64,000 bases of DNA, from positions 1 through 64,000 of the forward strand of contig JAWOCD010000111.1 of NCBI GenBank assembly GCA_046483985.1, in the 5' to 3' direction. Below the pieces are notes generated by a model. That model was not told the origin of the DNA. It ran no database searches and saw only the letters and a list, made by a program, of their open reading frames with translations. The position numbers were made by a program, and so were the translations under genes. Numbering within the stretch: the first letter of the stretch is position 1; each line of letters opens with the position of its first letter. The stretch comes from Promethearchaeia archaeon (GTDB lineage Archaea > Asgardarchaeota > Lokiarchaeia > Sigyniarchaeales > SOKP01). Positions 39,535 to 50,449 of this stretch are shown here, one piece after another.

Positions 39535-40533
39535 ATGCTAGAATTTCGAATTTATGTTTTTGTTATAGCTTGGTTATTTATGGGTTATATTGCCTATCTT
39601 CTATTCAGCATTGATTTAATTTTGGCTCTGATTTTCTTGGCTTTTTTGGCTGTTAATATCATTTATACCGTCTTGACCTATTCCCGTTCCATCTCTTGGC
39701 CGTACCATGAATGGATTGACACTTCTTTAGTCGATATTAAAAAAGTGACAATTCCTTCCTCTACAGAAGGAGCATATCTTCAAGCATTAATTATTCGAGA
39801 TAAAAGCCGGGATCCAGACAAGAAGCAACCTGGAATCCTTATCTCTCACGGATATACAGGACATAAAGAGAAGACCTTTAAATATGCAATTCCATTGGCG
39901 TTGAATGGGTTCACCATTCTTTGTATGGATCTCCGGGGACACGGAGAATCAACGGATAAACAATTCGATATGAATGATATAGTAGGTATAATGGACGATG
40001 TCGAAAAGGAAATCGATTTCTTAGAGCAAATCGAAAATGTTGATTCAGAGCGTCTGCTAATGATTGGGCATTCCTTGGGTGCTCTTGCCTCTTTAAGTGA
40101 GGGATATAAAGATCCACGATTAAAAATGATTATTGCACTCTCTGGAGTTTACAACCTATTAGAGCATTATGAGAAACATAAAAATTTTATGCTAAGAGCA
40201 ATTAAATATCAATTTACAAAAGATCTGGACGGGGCATTAGAAAATTGGAATGAAAAAATATCTCCCGAATTTTTCTTAAAAAACGGGACTCCCAATAAGA
40301 TTCCGGACGAAAAAAGAGTATTTTTAGTTCACAGCAAAAAGGATAAACTTCTCAATGTGGAAGGAACCTATAACATCAAAAGGGCTTTAAATCTGCCAGA
40401 AAAGAACGTATTGTTAGTAAATGCGCCCGAAGAGAAGTATTTAAATTCGGGACATGAATTAGTCGGGCAAACACCGATTATTGTAGATTTTTTAATTAAA
40501 GTAGCAAATAGAATTAAAAACACAGAATATTAA
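39535..40533 (+). CDS. Membrane-anchored alpha/beta hydrolase
   Basis: Two N-terminal TMs; HGYTG, DLRGHGES and GHSLG nucleophile; later Asp and His. Confidence 0.92.
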   Translation: MLEFRIYVFVIAWLFMGYIAYLLFSIDLILALIFLAFLAVNIIYTVLTYSRSISWPYHEWIDTSLVDIKKVTIPSSTEGAYLQALIIRDKSRDPDKKQPGILISHGYTGHKEKTFKYAIPLALNGFTILCMDLRGHGESTDKQFDMNDIVGIMDDVEKEIDFLEQIENVDSERLLMIGHSLGALASLSEGYKDPRLKMIIALSGVYNLLEHYEKHKNFMLRAIKYQFTKDLDGALENWNEKISPEFFLKNGTPNKIPDEKRVFLVHSKKDKLLNVEGTYNIKRALNLPEKNVLLVNAPEEKYLNSGHELVGQTPIIVDFLIKVANRIKNTEY

Positions 40534-40597
40534 AGCAATAATTTTTTTATTTTTATTATTATTTTCATAATTCTATTATTTTGATTGTCTTGATTGT

Positions 40598-41362
40598 CTA
40601 AGTAATAGAAGCTTCCGATCTTCCTAATTCCCTTAGGGCTTTAATAACTCCTCTTTTTAGATGTTCAATCTTTTCGGAGTTTTCTAATGCCTCTAAAGTA
40701 TCCATCAGCAAATCTCCCAGATTATCTTTTTCAATTTCCTTTAAGGCAAAAAAAGTCAGTTTCCAGACATCAGAACGCTGAGAATCTAATTTTTTTATCA
40801 GATGAGGGACAGCCTTTTTACTCCTTAGCTCTTTTAATGCCGTGATTGCGCTTCTTTGTATGTTTCTATTCGATGATTTTAACATCCTTATGAGATGCAA
40901 GGTTGAGGATTTTAAATCAAGCTCGGCATATCCTTTGATGGCTTCCACTTGAAGTGCGTCTGTATCGCTTTCAATAGCCTTCTTTAATAACTTTTTCACC
41001 GCATTAAGATATTTCCGTTCCTTTGCTGCCAGCACAATTAAAAATCTGAGTATTTCAGTCTTAATTTCAACACAAGAATCATGATTATAAATCCAGAATA
41101 AAGGATCGGTTATCTTATCACTCTTATAGTTAAAGAGAAGGATTTTCGCCGCCTCCATCCGTACGAGTGCATTCTCATCAGAAAGGAGATAACTTTCACA
41201 TTGCTTAAAATGAGTTTCATCAGATAATCTATTTAAAATCTCTAAAACGCGATGTCTTTTGTTTGAATCATCAGTAATCGAATAAAGATCGTGGAGTTTT
41301 CTGATTTTTTCTGTTCGTTCAAGTTTGCATGAAGCTAAGATGTGATCGGGATCTATAACTAT
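40598..41362 (-). CDS. HEAT-repeat protein; start probably upstream of the ATG at 41158
   Basis: HEAT-like repeats. The frame stays open upstream to 41362, directly behind a GGTGA SD-like motif. Confidence 0.75.
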   Translation of the reverse strand: MVIDPDHILASCKLERTEKIRKLHDLYSITDDSNKRHRVLEILNRLSDETHFKQCESYLLSDENALVRMEAAKILLFNYKSDKITDPLFWIYNHDSCVEIKTEILRFLIVLAAKERKYLNAVKKLLKKAIESDTDALQVEAIKGYAELDLKSSTLHLIRMLKSSNRNIQRSAITALKELRSKKAVPHLIKKLDSQRSDVWKLTFFALKEIEKDNLGDLLMDTLEALENSEKIEHLKRGVIKALRELGRSEASIT

Positions 41363-41448
41363 TCACCTTGTTAATAATTTCTTTTCTTAAGTCAATATTA
41401 TAGAAAAACTGTTTAAGGTTTACGATTATAAAATAAAAAAATACGCTA

Positions 41449-42531
41449 TTAATTAACTTCCAGTCCTTTCAGATCTTGTTTTAGGTCATATCCACATTCA
41501 GCACAGTTTCCATTCTCGATCCCTTTCAGGCTCACTGAAAACCCAGAACGCTCAATTAAGACCATTCCGCACTTAGGGCAAAAAGTATTACTACCTCTTC
41601 GATCTCTGACATTTCCAATATATGGATATTTTAGACCCACATTTTTAGCTATATCGTAAGCGTTAACCAGCAGTTTTTTGGGAGTACTTTGTTTCGATGG
41701 TTTCTTATACATGGGACGATATGCTGAGAAATGAAGAGGAGTATTAGCACCTAAATTTTCATAGATCCACTCACATAGTTGTTTCAACTCTTCATCACTA
41801 TCATTTTTATCAGGAATTATTAAATTTGTAATTTCCACATGAATGCCGTTATTCTTAAATCTTTTAGCGGTCTCTAAAACAGGTTTTAGGGTAGGAACCC
41901 CACAAATTTCCTTATAAAATTCATCTTGCATCGATTTTATGTCGATATTGGCGGCATCGATGCCCACATTAATTAATTCCTCTGAGGCTTCTGGAGTGGA
42001 ATATCCATTCGTCACGAGTACCGTGGTGATCCCTTCCTTCTTCAATAATTCTGCGGTGTCTATTATCCATTCATGCCATATTAGGGGTTCATTATAAGTA
42101 TAAGCAACGGATCGTGCTCCGCTTTTTTTGACCTTTTCGACTAACTCCTCTGGTGACATCTCTACCAAATCCATCTCTCCTCCCCTATAATTTTCAAAAT
42201 CGATAGTTCCACTACTTCCATCCTCCGAGGGGGTTGCTTGGCTAATTCGCCAATTCTGACAATTCTTACACCGAAAGGAGCACCCAATAGAGGCAATAGA
42301 ATAAACTGATGTACCGGGATAAAAATGATACAAGGGTTTTTTTTCTATCGGATCGATACTTCCCTTAGAAATCATAGATCCATAGGTTAGTGAAAAAATC
42401 TCGCCGTCGATATTTTTTCTGGTTCCGCAAATACCCACATTACCAGGGGTAATAATACATTCATTTGCACACACATGGCATTCCACTTTTTTATCTTCAA
42501 GTGATTCCCATAATTTCGCTTTCTTAATCAT
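41449..42531 (-). CDS. AmmeMemoRadiSam system radical SAM enzyme (AmrS-like)
   Basis: CxxC...C, DPIEKKPLYHFYPG, GCSFRCKNCQNW, YTYNEP and a C-terminal CPxCG. Confidence 0.93.
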   Translation of the reverse strand: MIKKAKLWESLEDKKVECHVCANECIITPGNVGICGTRKNIDGEIFSLTYGSMISKGSIDPIEKKPLYHFYPGTSVYSIASIGCSFRCKNCQNWRISQATPSEDGSSGTIDFENYRGGEMDLVEMSPEELVEKVKKSGARSVAYTYNEPLIWHEWIIDTAELLKKEGITTVLVTNGYSTPEASEELINVGIDAANIDIKSMQDEFYKEICGVPTLKPVLETAKRFKNNGIHVEITNLIIPDKNDSDEELKQLCEWIYENLGANTPLHFSAYRPMYKKPSKQSTPKKLLVNAYDIAKNVGLKYPYIGNVRDRRGSNTFCPKCGMVLIERSGFSVSLKGIENGNCAECGYDLKQDLKGLEVN

Positions 42532-42897
42532 ATATATTCACTTCGAATATATCTCATCTAATAGTTTTTTTCACTTTTAATATTTAACGGGAGATTAATA
42601 AGATTAACAGTTAAGGATTATAAAATAATAACGATTTCATTCATCTTGCCTTTAAAATTGATATCCTTATGAATTCCTTTAGTCAAGTCATCATATATTT
42701 GTGAAAGAATCTTATCCTATTTAAATACGACCTACATATTATGTAATTAATTTACCTTTCAGAGAAATTAATTAGAAGAACAAGTTTTATATTTTTTCAA
42801 ATTTTTAATTAAATAATTAAAATTAAATGTGTTTGATCAAATAATTTTAAGCAATACTTACATTAAACAAGTTAACCTTTTGAGATTTGATTAAATT

Positions 42898-43500
42898 ATG
42901 AGCGAGAATATTAAACGCAAAGTATTTAAAGGCATAAATACAAAGATCTCGGATAAATTCGTTGAAGCAGGTCTTGAAAAACTCCGAGCATGTATAAATT
43001 GTGGAACTTGTACTGGAAGTTGTCCCTCGGGGCGTCGTACCGCATACAGGACACGCGCAGCATTACGGAAAGCACTTCTTGGTGATGAGAGCGTTCTTAT
43101 TGATCCAGATATATGGATGTGTTCTACTTGTTATTATTGCTATGAACGGTGTCCACGTGATATTCCAGTCACTGATATGATTATAAAACTGCGGAATATA
43201 GCCGTAGAAGAATGCCATATAATGGATAGTCATTTTGGTCTTGCCGATAAAATTTTCTATGAAACTGGGCATGGCGTCCCAGCCAATGCACCTGATCAAC
43301 AGAAATGGCGAGATTTACGAGAATCATATGGATTACCAGCTTTACCGCCAACGGTTCACTCTCATCCCGAAGCTGTTGAGGAATGTCAGACATTAATGAA
43401 AGAAGTAGGACTTAGAGATCTTTTAGACAAGATAGGTAAAGCTAAAGCTGAGGAAAAAGCAAAACAAGAAGCTAAAAACGAGGAGGAAGAAGAAAAATGA
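42898..43500 (+). CDS. hdrC: Heterodisulfide reductase subunit C
   Basis: CINCGTCTGSCPSG; IWMCSTCYYCYERCPR. Confidence 0.95.
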   Translation: MSENIKRKVFKGINTKISDKFVEAGLEKLRACINCGTCTGSCPSGRRTAYRTRAALRKALLGDESVLIDPDIWMCSTCYYCYERCPRDIPVTDMIIKLRNIAVEECHIMDSHFGLADKIFYETGHGVPANAPDQQKWRDLRESYGLPALPPTVHSHPEAVEECQTLMKEVGLRDLLDKIGKAKAEEKAKQEAKNEEEEEK

Positions 43501-44444
43501 ATGAAAAACAATTTAAATACGCATTGTTTTTGGGATGCGTCATACCCAACAGATATCCTATGATTGAGAGAAGCATTAGGGATGTTTTTGAAGAACTCGG
43601 CGCTAAAATTCTTGATATGGAAGGAGCATCTTGTTGTCCAGCACCTGGTGTATTCCGTGCATTTCATATCCCGACATGGTTAGTAATTGCAGCCCGAAAT
43701 ATTTCAATCGCGGAAGAACTGGGTGCCAATCCAATCACAGGATGCAACGGATGCTATGGAACCCTTAGGGATGCGTGGTATGATTTAGAGCATAATCCCG
43801 AAGAGAAAAAGGAAGTCCAAGAATTATTGGAAAAAGTGGGGCGAACTTATAAGGGTAATTTAGAACCAAAACACGTAGTTCAAGCATTATATTTGGATAT
43901 GGGGCTCGACTATTTGAGTGATTTTATCAAATATCGATTCAAAGACTTAAAGGTGGCCGTACATTACGGGTGTCACATTGTAAAGCCCAGTGATAAACGA
44001 CCTTGGGGAGGGGAATATGAATACCCTCAGTTCCTGGACGAAATTACCGAATTAACTGGAGCTACCAGTGTCGATTATAAGGATAAATATATGTGTTGTG
44101 GTGCAGGAGGAGCCGTTCGAACTGCTGATAAAGCAGTTGCAGCAGATTTTACCCGAGAAAAGTTGATGAACATACGGGATGCTGGTGCAGATATCATTCT
44201 TACCTGTTGCCCATTCTGTCATCTGCAGCTTGATCTCGGTCAGGTAGAAGTGAACAATTTCTATGGAGATATCATCGGCGAACCGTTTGATATTCCGGTA
44301 ATATACGTTACACAACTGATAGGGATGGCTATGGGTTTGGACCCAAATCGATTGGGCTTAATTAAAAACCACGACTTAAAGGGAGTTAGTCCCTTCATTT
44401 CTGTCCAACCTTTCTTAGATATAGTGAGGGACCAGTTAGTCTGA
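43497..44444 (+). CDS. hdrB: Heterodisulfide reductase subunit B
   Basis: FLGC, SCCPAPG, CNGC, HYGCH, CCGAGG and CPFCHLQLD (two CCG domains). Confidence 0.96.
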   Translation: MNEKQFKYALFLGCVIPNRYPMIERSIRDVFEELGAKILDMEGASCCPAPGVFRAFHIPTWLVIAARNISIAEELGANPITGCNGCYGTLRDAWYDLEHNPEEKKEVQELLEKVGRTYKGNLEPKHVVQALYLDMGLDYLSDFIKYRFKDLKVAVHYGCHIVKPSDKRPWGGEYEYPQFLDEITELTGATSVDYKDKYMCCGAGGAVRTADKAVAADFTREKLMNIRDAGADIILTCCPFCHLQLDLGQVEVNNFYGDIIGEPFDIPVIYVTQLIGMAMGLDPNRLGLIKNHDLKGVSPFISVQPFLDIVRDQLV

Positions 44445-45318
44445 GTCTTATTTCTCTTTCTTTTTATTTATTTCTTTTTTAAACTAACAAGCGAATTCAT
44501 AATATTCTTCCGGTTCTACTTATTCTAAGCAGTAATTTATTACGTGACCAAATTCGTTGTCCATTTTTATGCCCTCCTCGTGAAAGAGAACCTTAATCTT
44601 ATTAAAGAAGAATTGACATATAATAAATATAATTGAGTCATATTTTATAGTAAATTTATGTGTCCGATTTACTGGACGATAGTTGTATAAATGTCAAAAA
44701 TATAAATAAGACCAATTGAGTCTAATTATCTGCTGTTACTTCTTACGATCCTCGCCTCAAGTTTAGTTAATCTCACTCTCTTATTCATTCTATGAGACTT
44801 TCCTTTTTCTCATAGGAAAAAAGGAAAACATTTATATTGATAGTTATTATAATTATAATTGAGAATCGGAAAATATATGTAAAAGTAAATCCTAAAAAAT
44901 ATTCTTATACCCAAAAAAGGAGGCACGTAAAGTGTCCAAAAATAATAAACACCATACCTCAACCCTTAAAACCCTGTTATAGATAAATTTTACTCTTTTT
45001 GAAAAATGTAAAGGAGTATATTTTCCTATTCTCTTCTCTTTCTTTTTATTAACATATCCATTTCAAGAAAGATCAATTCTTCGCAATACTTAATCCTTCT
45101 GCTAATAAATAAATCCTTAGGTTAAGAAATCCTAAAATTTCTTTTAAAGAGGGATATTCGAACATAAAAGAAAAATGCCGTTAAAAACTAAATTTCGTAA
45201 GAAAAAGTTTTTAATAAAACTCTTAATTTTGTTAGACTAAGTATAATTACTTTAAAATTAATCTTAGTAATTACAATAAATAAAATTACTTACTTTCTAA
45301 CGAATTTTGTGAAGTTCT

Positions 45319-47340
45319 ATGGAAGAAGCAAAAACAGAAATTAAAGTTACCAGGAAAGAAAAACCCAGAATTGGTGTCTATATATGCCATTGTGGTATTA
45401 ATATTGCAGGTGTAATAGATGTTGAGAAATTAAGAGATTATGCCAAAAGCCTTCCTAATGTTGTCCTTGCAAAAGATTATAAATTTATGTGTTCAGATAA
45501 TGGGCAAGTCTTAATTAAGGAAGATCTTGAAGAAGGATTAATCAATCGCGTAGTTGTAGCAGCTTGCTCTCCTCGAATGCATGAGCCTACATTCCGAATG
45601 GTTTGTAGAGAAGCGGGGCTAAATCAATTTCTTTTCGAACAAGCAAATATCAGAGAACATGCTACTTGGGTAAATATGGAAGATCCAGAAGGGGCATATG
45701 AAATTGCAAAAGACCACGTTCGAATGGCAGTAGCTAAAGCTCGGAACTTAGTGCCTCTAGAGGTACAGAAGGTTAATGTAGAGCCATCAGCCTTGGTTAT
45801 TGGTGCGGGAATTGCCGGTATGAATACCGCATTAGATCTTGCCAATGATGGATACCATGTATATTTAGTAGAGCGAAGCCCAACAATTGGTGGGCATATG
45901 GCTCAGCTGGATAAAACCTTTCCAACGATGGACTGTTCGGCATGTATTCTCACTCCGCGTATGGTTGACGTGGCCAGAAATGAAAATATCGAGGTCCTTA
46001 CTTATTCGGAAGTCACAGACGTGGATGGATATGTGGGGAATTTCGAAGTGACCATTAAAAAGAAACCACGTTATGTAGACCAAGATGCATGTACCGGATG
46101 TGGAGCATGCGTAGATGTATGTCCTGTGACTTGCGGAAATGAATTTGATTTAGGAATGGCAACTCGAAAGGCGATATATATTCCGTTTCCCCAAGCAGTT
46201 CCGGGAACTTATACAATAGATATGGATAAATGTATAAAATGCGGAATTTGTGCAAGTCCAGATGTATGTGAACCCGATGCGATTAGATATGACGATAAAG
46301 CTCAAGAATTAAAGAAAAAAGTCGGTACCATTATTATTGCCACTGGTTGGGATTTATATGACCCAACAGAATTAGAGCAATATGGGTATGGACGTTTTCC
46401 GAACGTTATTACGGGATTGGAAATGGAACGATTATTGAGTTCAACGGGTCCAACCCTTGGAAAGCCTGTAAGACCTTCTGATGCAAAAACACCGCATAGT
46501 ATTGCCTTTTTACAATGTGTGGGAAGCAGAATGTTTGGTGATAAAGGTAATCCATATTGTTCGAGAGTATGTTGCATGTATGCCACAAAACAAGCCCGGC
46601 AATATAAGGAAAAGCATCCCGAAGCGGATGTATATATTTTCTATATGGATATTCGAGCATTTGGGAAAGGGTACGAAGAGTTTTATGAGTCTGCTCAACG
46701 CGAATATGGAATTAATTACTTCAGAGGCAGAATTGCAGAGGTTTCCGAAGATGAAGATCATAATATTGTCATCAGAGCAGAAGATACCCTCTTACAACGA
46801 CCAACTGAACTCACTGTTGATCTGTTTGTTCTCTCGTGTGGTCTTGAACCACGAGCGGATGCCGATGAGATTGCCAGTTTATTAAGTGTTCAGAGATCCG
46901 CAGATGGATTCTTTATGGAAGCTCATCCAAAATTACGACCCGTAGATACCTTAACAAACGGCATTTTTGTTGCTGGTGTAGCTCAAGGTCCAAAGGATAT
47001 CCCAGATACGGTAGCACAAGCAAAAGGTGCAGCATCTGGAGCGTCCACTTTAATGGCAAAGGGAGAAGTCGAAATCGAACCGTATTACGCAGTAGTATTA
47101 GAACATAAATGTTCTGGATGTCGAAGTTGCCAATCATTATGTCCGTTCGGTGCAATTGATTTTAATGAAATGGAAAATGTAGCAGAGGTAAATCTTGCAT
47201 TATGTAAGGGTTGCGGTACATGTGTCGGCGCGTGTCCCTCGGAAGCGCTGGTGCAAAATCATTTTGCCGACTTTCAGTTAAGGCCCATTATTGATTGGGC
47301 GGTTAATCCCCCAGAGCAATCCGAACCTCAAGTAAAATAA
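45319..47340 (+). CDS. hdrA: Heterodisulfide reductase subunit A (Cys form)
   Basis: CHCGINI, ACSPRMHE, GAGIAG, KTFPTMDCSAC, QCVGSR and YCSRVCCMY motifs; ferredoxin domains. Confidence 0.97.
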   Translation: MEEAKTEIKVTRKEKPRIGVYICHCGINIAGVIDVEKLRDYAKSLPNVVLAKDYKFMCSDNGQVLIKEDLEEGLINRVVVAACSPRMHEPTFRMVCREAGLNQFLFEQANIREHATWVNMEDPEGAYEIAKDHVRMAVAKARNLVPLEVQKVNVEPSALVIGAGIAGMNTALDLANDGYHVYLVERSPTIGGHMAQLDKTFPTMDCSACILTPRMVDVARNENIEVLTYSEVTDVDGYVGNFEVTIKKKPRYVDQDACTGCGACVDVCPVTCGNEFDLGMATRKAIYIPFPQAVPGTYTIDMDKCIKCGICASPDVCEPDAIRYDDKAQELKKKVGTIIIATGWDLYDPTELEQYGYGRFPNVITGLEMERLLSSTGPTLGKPVRPSDAKTPHSIAFLQCVGSRMFGDKGNPYCSRVCCMYATKQARQYKEKHPEADVYIFYMDIRAFGKGYEEFYESAQREYGINYFRGRIAEVSEDEDHNIVIRAEDTLLQRPTELTVDLFVLSCGLEPRADADEIASLLSVQRSADGFFMEAHPKLRPVDTLTNGIFVAGVAQGPKDIPDTVAQAKGAASGASTLMAKGEVEIEPYYAVVLEHKCSGCRSCQSLCPFGAIDFNEMENVAEVNLALCKGCGTCVGACPSEALVQNHFADFQLRPIIDWAVNPPEQSEPQVK

Positions 47341-47462
47341 ATTTTTTCTTTTTCCTTTTATTTCTTTTTCGAATATAATACTAAAATTAGCTTAATTTGA
47401 CCAAAAAATTTCTTTTTGTTACCCGTAATTTTTTACCCAAAAATTGCCAGAGAAAGCACACC

Positions 47463-48584
47463 ATGAATTTCGAATTTGAATGTAAGGATTGTCGTATATG
47501 CGAAACCAATTGTTCGATCTTTTTAGAAACGGGAAAAGGGGCCGCTTATGAAAAACTAAATGTTATTAAGCGATTAAGTGAAAATGGACAATTAACTAAA
47601 GACGATATCAATATTATCTTTAGATGTACCAAATGCGAAGCGTGTCAGGAGATTTGTCCAGAGGATATTCCTCTAATGGATCTCTATGATTGGGCAAGGG
47701 ATAAGATATTCTCCCGACATGGAGCCCGTAACGAGAAACAGCAAGGGTTAATCCAGAATATTTTAAATTACGGGAATCCCTTCGGAAATGAAGGTTCACG
47801 GTTGATCGGAGTGGATGAAACCCTCCTCAAACAAAAGCTATTTAAAAAGAGCGATGAGTCACCACCTTCACGCATCTTACTTCATTTTGGGTGTATGTTA
47901 GGATACCGGCTCCAATCCATGCGAGACGATTCGTTGAAAATCTTAGAGTTACTGGGCGTGGATTATTGCCTATTGGAAAATGAAATCTGCTGCGGCTACT
48001 TCATTTGGAATACAGGAGATCATGAATCTGCCAACAAGATTATTGCGAAGAATCAACAATTTTTCAAAGAGTTCGATAAAATCATTTGCGCATGTGCTGG
48101 CTGCTATACCTTCTTTAGAGAAAATTATCCAAACCCCGAAAAATTCGTTCACTTTATCGAGGTTGTCGATGAAAGAATTAGAGAACTGTCAGTTAAGCCC
48201 ACGAATATGGAAAATCGTAAAAAATCCTATATTTTTCATGATTCTTGCCACCTCACTCGTCCTCATAAAATTGTACAGCCACCTCGTACAATAATGAAAG
48301 CTTTAGGTATGCCTTTAAAAGAATTCTCCCATAGGGGGGAGGAGGGATTATGCTGCGGTGCGGACGGCGGGATGAGGATAAGTAATCCCAAACTGGCAAA
48401 TAGAATTGGATTAACGCGTGTACAAGAAGCGGACCATTCTGGTGCTGACACTCTACTTACTCTTTGTCCCTTTTGTATTTTTAATTTTCGTGACAGCCTC
48501 CCAAACAATTGGGATGGAATAACCATCGGGAGCCTTTATCGGGAGATCAAAGAGTGGTTAGCGGACTATATCCAGAATAAATAG
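47463..48584 (+). CDS. HdrD/GlpC-like Fe-S oxidoreductase (ferredoxin plus two CCG domains)
   Basis: CxxCxxCxxxC twice, ICCG, HDSCH, CCGADGG and CPFC. Likely start is the ATG at 47463. Confidence 0.88.
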   Translation: MNFEFECKDCRICETNCSIFLETGKGAAYEKLNVIKRLSENGQLTKDDINIIFRCTKCEACQEICPEDIPLMDLYDWARDKIFSRHGARNEKQQGLIQNILNYGNPFGNEGSRLIGVDETLLKQKLFKKSDESPPSRILLHFGCMLGYRLQSMRDDSLKILELLGVDYCLLENEICCGYFIWNTGDHESANKIIAKNQQFFKEFDKIICACAGCYTFFRENYPNPEKFVHFIEVVDERIRELSVKPTNMENRKKSYIFHDSCHLTRPHKIVQPPRTIMKALGMPLKEFSHRGEEGLCCGADGGMRISNPKLANRIGLTRVQEADHSGADTLLTLCPFCIFNFRDSLPNNWDGITIGSLYREIKEWLADYIQNK

Positions 48585-48685
48585 AATCCAATCCTCTTTT
48601 TCCTATATATCTTATTGTCCTCTCAATAAAATTATATAGAAATTTAAAAAAATATCCATCACTAAATATAAATATAGATCTTAAA

Positions 48686-49354
48686 GTGGGAGTCTTTAAA
48701 GTGGAAAAAGAAAAACTAAGTAAATTTAGTATCGATAAACTTACGCATGAGTTTGTGGATGCCATAAAAGATCAAACCATAGAATTAGTGGAAGGAATTG
48801 AATATTTAATTGATGAGGACTATGAAAATTTCAAAGAGAATCTAAATAATGTTATCAAAACCAGTAAAGAGATAAAGATTAAGAAAACCTTTGAAACTAA
48901 ACTGTGGAAGTCAAAACTCATTTTTTCGAAAAAAGATCGGCTTAAGGTGTTCAGCAAAATCAACGATATGAAAAATATTGGAGAATTTATGGCTCATAAA
49001 ATGCAGCTTTATAAAGTGGTGTTTCCAGATAAGGAATTCAAACTACAAATTCGAAGTATTATAAAATCCTTGAGATTAATCACTAATGATTTAACTGAAG
49101 CAATTAAACACATCAGTGATGACCTTACTAAAGCGCGTGCAAAAAGCGAAGAAGTCAAAGAAGAAAGAAGAAAAATGAGAAGAGAAGAATTTGCTCTTTT
49201 AGAAAGATTATGGAACTATGACATGGACTATATATCAAGAACTTTCTTATATCTCAAGGAGTTAATAGAGAATATCATGAAGCTGGCAGATCATATTAAA
49301 GATTTTGCAGAATACATCCAATTTCTCGCAACAAAATATTTAATATTCGAATAA
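48686..49354 (+). CDS. DUF47/PhoU-like helical protein
   Basis: Helical-repeat pattern; lies upstream of the PiT gene. Confidence 0.7.
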   Translation: MGVFKVEKEKLSKFSIDKLTHEFVDAIKDQTIELVEGIEYLIDEDYENFKENLNNVIKTSKEIKIKKTFETKLWKSKLIFSKKDRLKVFSKINDMKNIGEFMAHKMQLYKVVFPDKEFKLQIRSIIKSLRLITNDLTEAIKHISDDLTKARAKSEEVKEERRKMRREEFALLERLWNYDMDYISRTFLYLKELIENIMKLADHIKDFAEYIQFLATKYLIFE

Positions 49355-49372
49355 AAACCGGACATCCTAAAA

Positions 49373-50398
49373 ATGGTTGAAATTGTTGCAGTTGTAACCC
49401 CCGTTTTAATTGTGATGGGAATAAGTCTTGCATTTGCGATTGGTGCAAATGATGAAACGTTAGCGGCCTTAGTAGGGACGAATATTTTAAAATTCCGCAT
49501 TGCATTGATTTGCGGCGGAATGGCAGCTGGATTTGGTATGATCTTTTTAAGTCGTGGAGTGGGCGAAACAGTAGGCGCAAATATTTTAGGACCCGGCATC
49601 AAATACACCAGTTTTATGCTGTTAGCAGTGCTGATCAGTAGTATTATCTGGCTAATTCTTGGGAGCCTTGCAGGTATCCCCTTAAGCTCAACTCATAGTA
49701 CTGTGGGCTCCATTTTCGGAGTATTGATTGTGTATTCTGTATTTCAAGGAGGTATTGACCCTGCAACTGCGTTAAATTACGAAAAGCTCCAAGAGGTTGT
49801 ATTAAGCTGGTTTCTCTCTCCCGTTATGGGTTTAATGGTCACGTATATTATGTTTGTTATCCTTGCGAAATTATATTTATCTAAATTAAAAGGGTTGAAT
49901 GAAATCGAGAAATCGGAGAAAAGATTTAGTTATTTATTATTTTTTGCAGTAATCTTTGCAGAAATATGGGTTGGAGCAAATTCTGCCGAATGCATTGGAA
50001 TCTTTTATGGGCTCTTTTACAGCGGTTTTCTAACAATTGAACAATATTACTTTTATGTGGTAATCTGCGGAATTTTTGTTTTTCTCGGGATCTATATCGC
50101 TGGTCGATTTGTCATTAAAAATTTAGCCTCACAGATGACGGACGCACGACCAAGTGAGGGGTTTATCATTCAGATAGCCTCCTCTATAGTATTAATGATT
50201 GCGACGGTTTTCTCCTTACCTATCTCTCACAGTCATGTTATCGTTTTTTCTATTATCGGGATGAATTTTGCCCAAAGAAGAGAAGTTGATTACACCGCCA
50301 TCGGGAAAATGGCAATATATTGGTTTTTAACGTTTCCTGTGGCAGCTATTTTTGCAGGTTTTATTTATACTGGATTCATACAATTTGGATTATACTAA
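49373..50398 (+). CDS. Inorganic phosphate transporter (PiT family)
   Basis: GAND, GIPLSSTHS, GAN and LPISHSH motifs; multiple TMs. Confidence 0.9.
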   Translation: MVEIVAVVTPVLIVMGISLAFAIGANDETLAALVGTNILKFRIALICGGMAAGFGMIFLSRGVGETVGANILGPGIKYTSFMLLAVLISSIIWLILGSLAGIPLSSTHSTVGSIFGVLIVYSVFQGGIDPATALNYEKLQEVVLSWFLSPVMGLMVTYIMFVILAKLYLSKLKGLNEIEKSEKRFSYLLFFAVIFAEIWVGANSAECIGIFYGLFYSGFLTIEQYYFYVVICGIFVFLGIYIAGRFVIKNLASQMTDARPSEGFIIQIASSIVLMIATVFSLPISHSHVIVFSIIGMNFAQRREVDYTAIGKMAIYWFLTFPVAAIFAGFIYTGFIQFGLY

Positions 50399-50449
50399 AC
50401 TATATATAATATATTTTTCTATATAAATACAGAAAAATCGTTACAAAGA

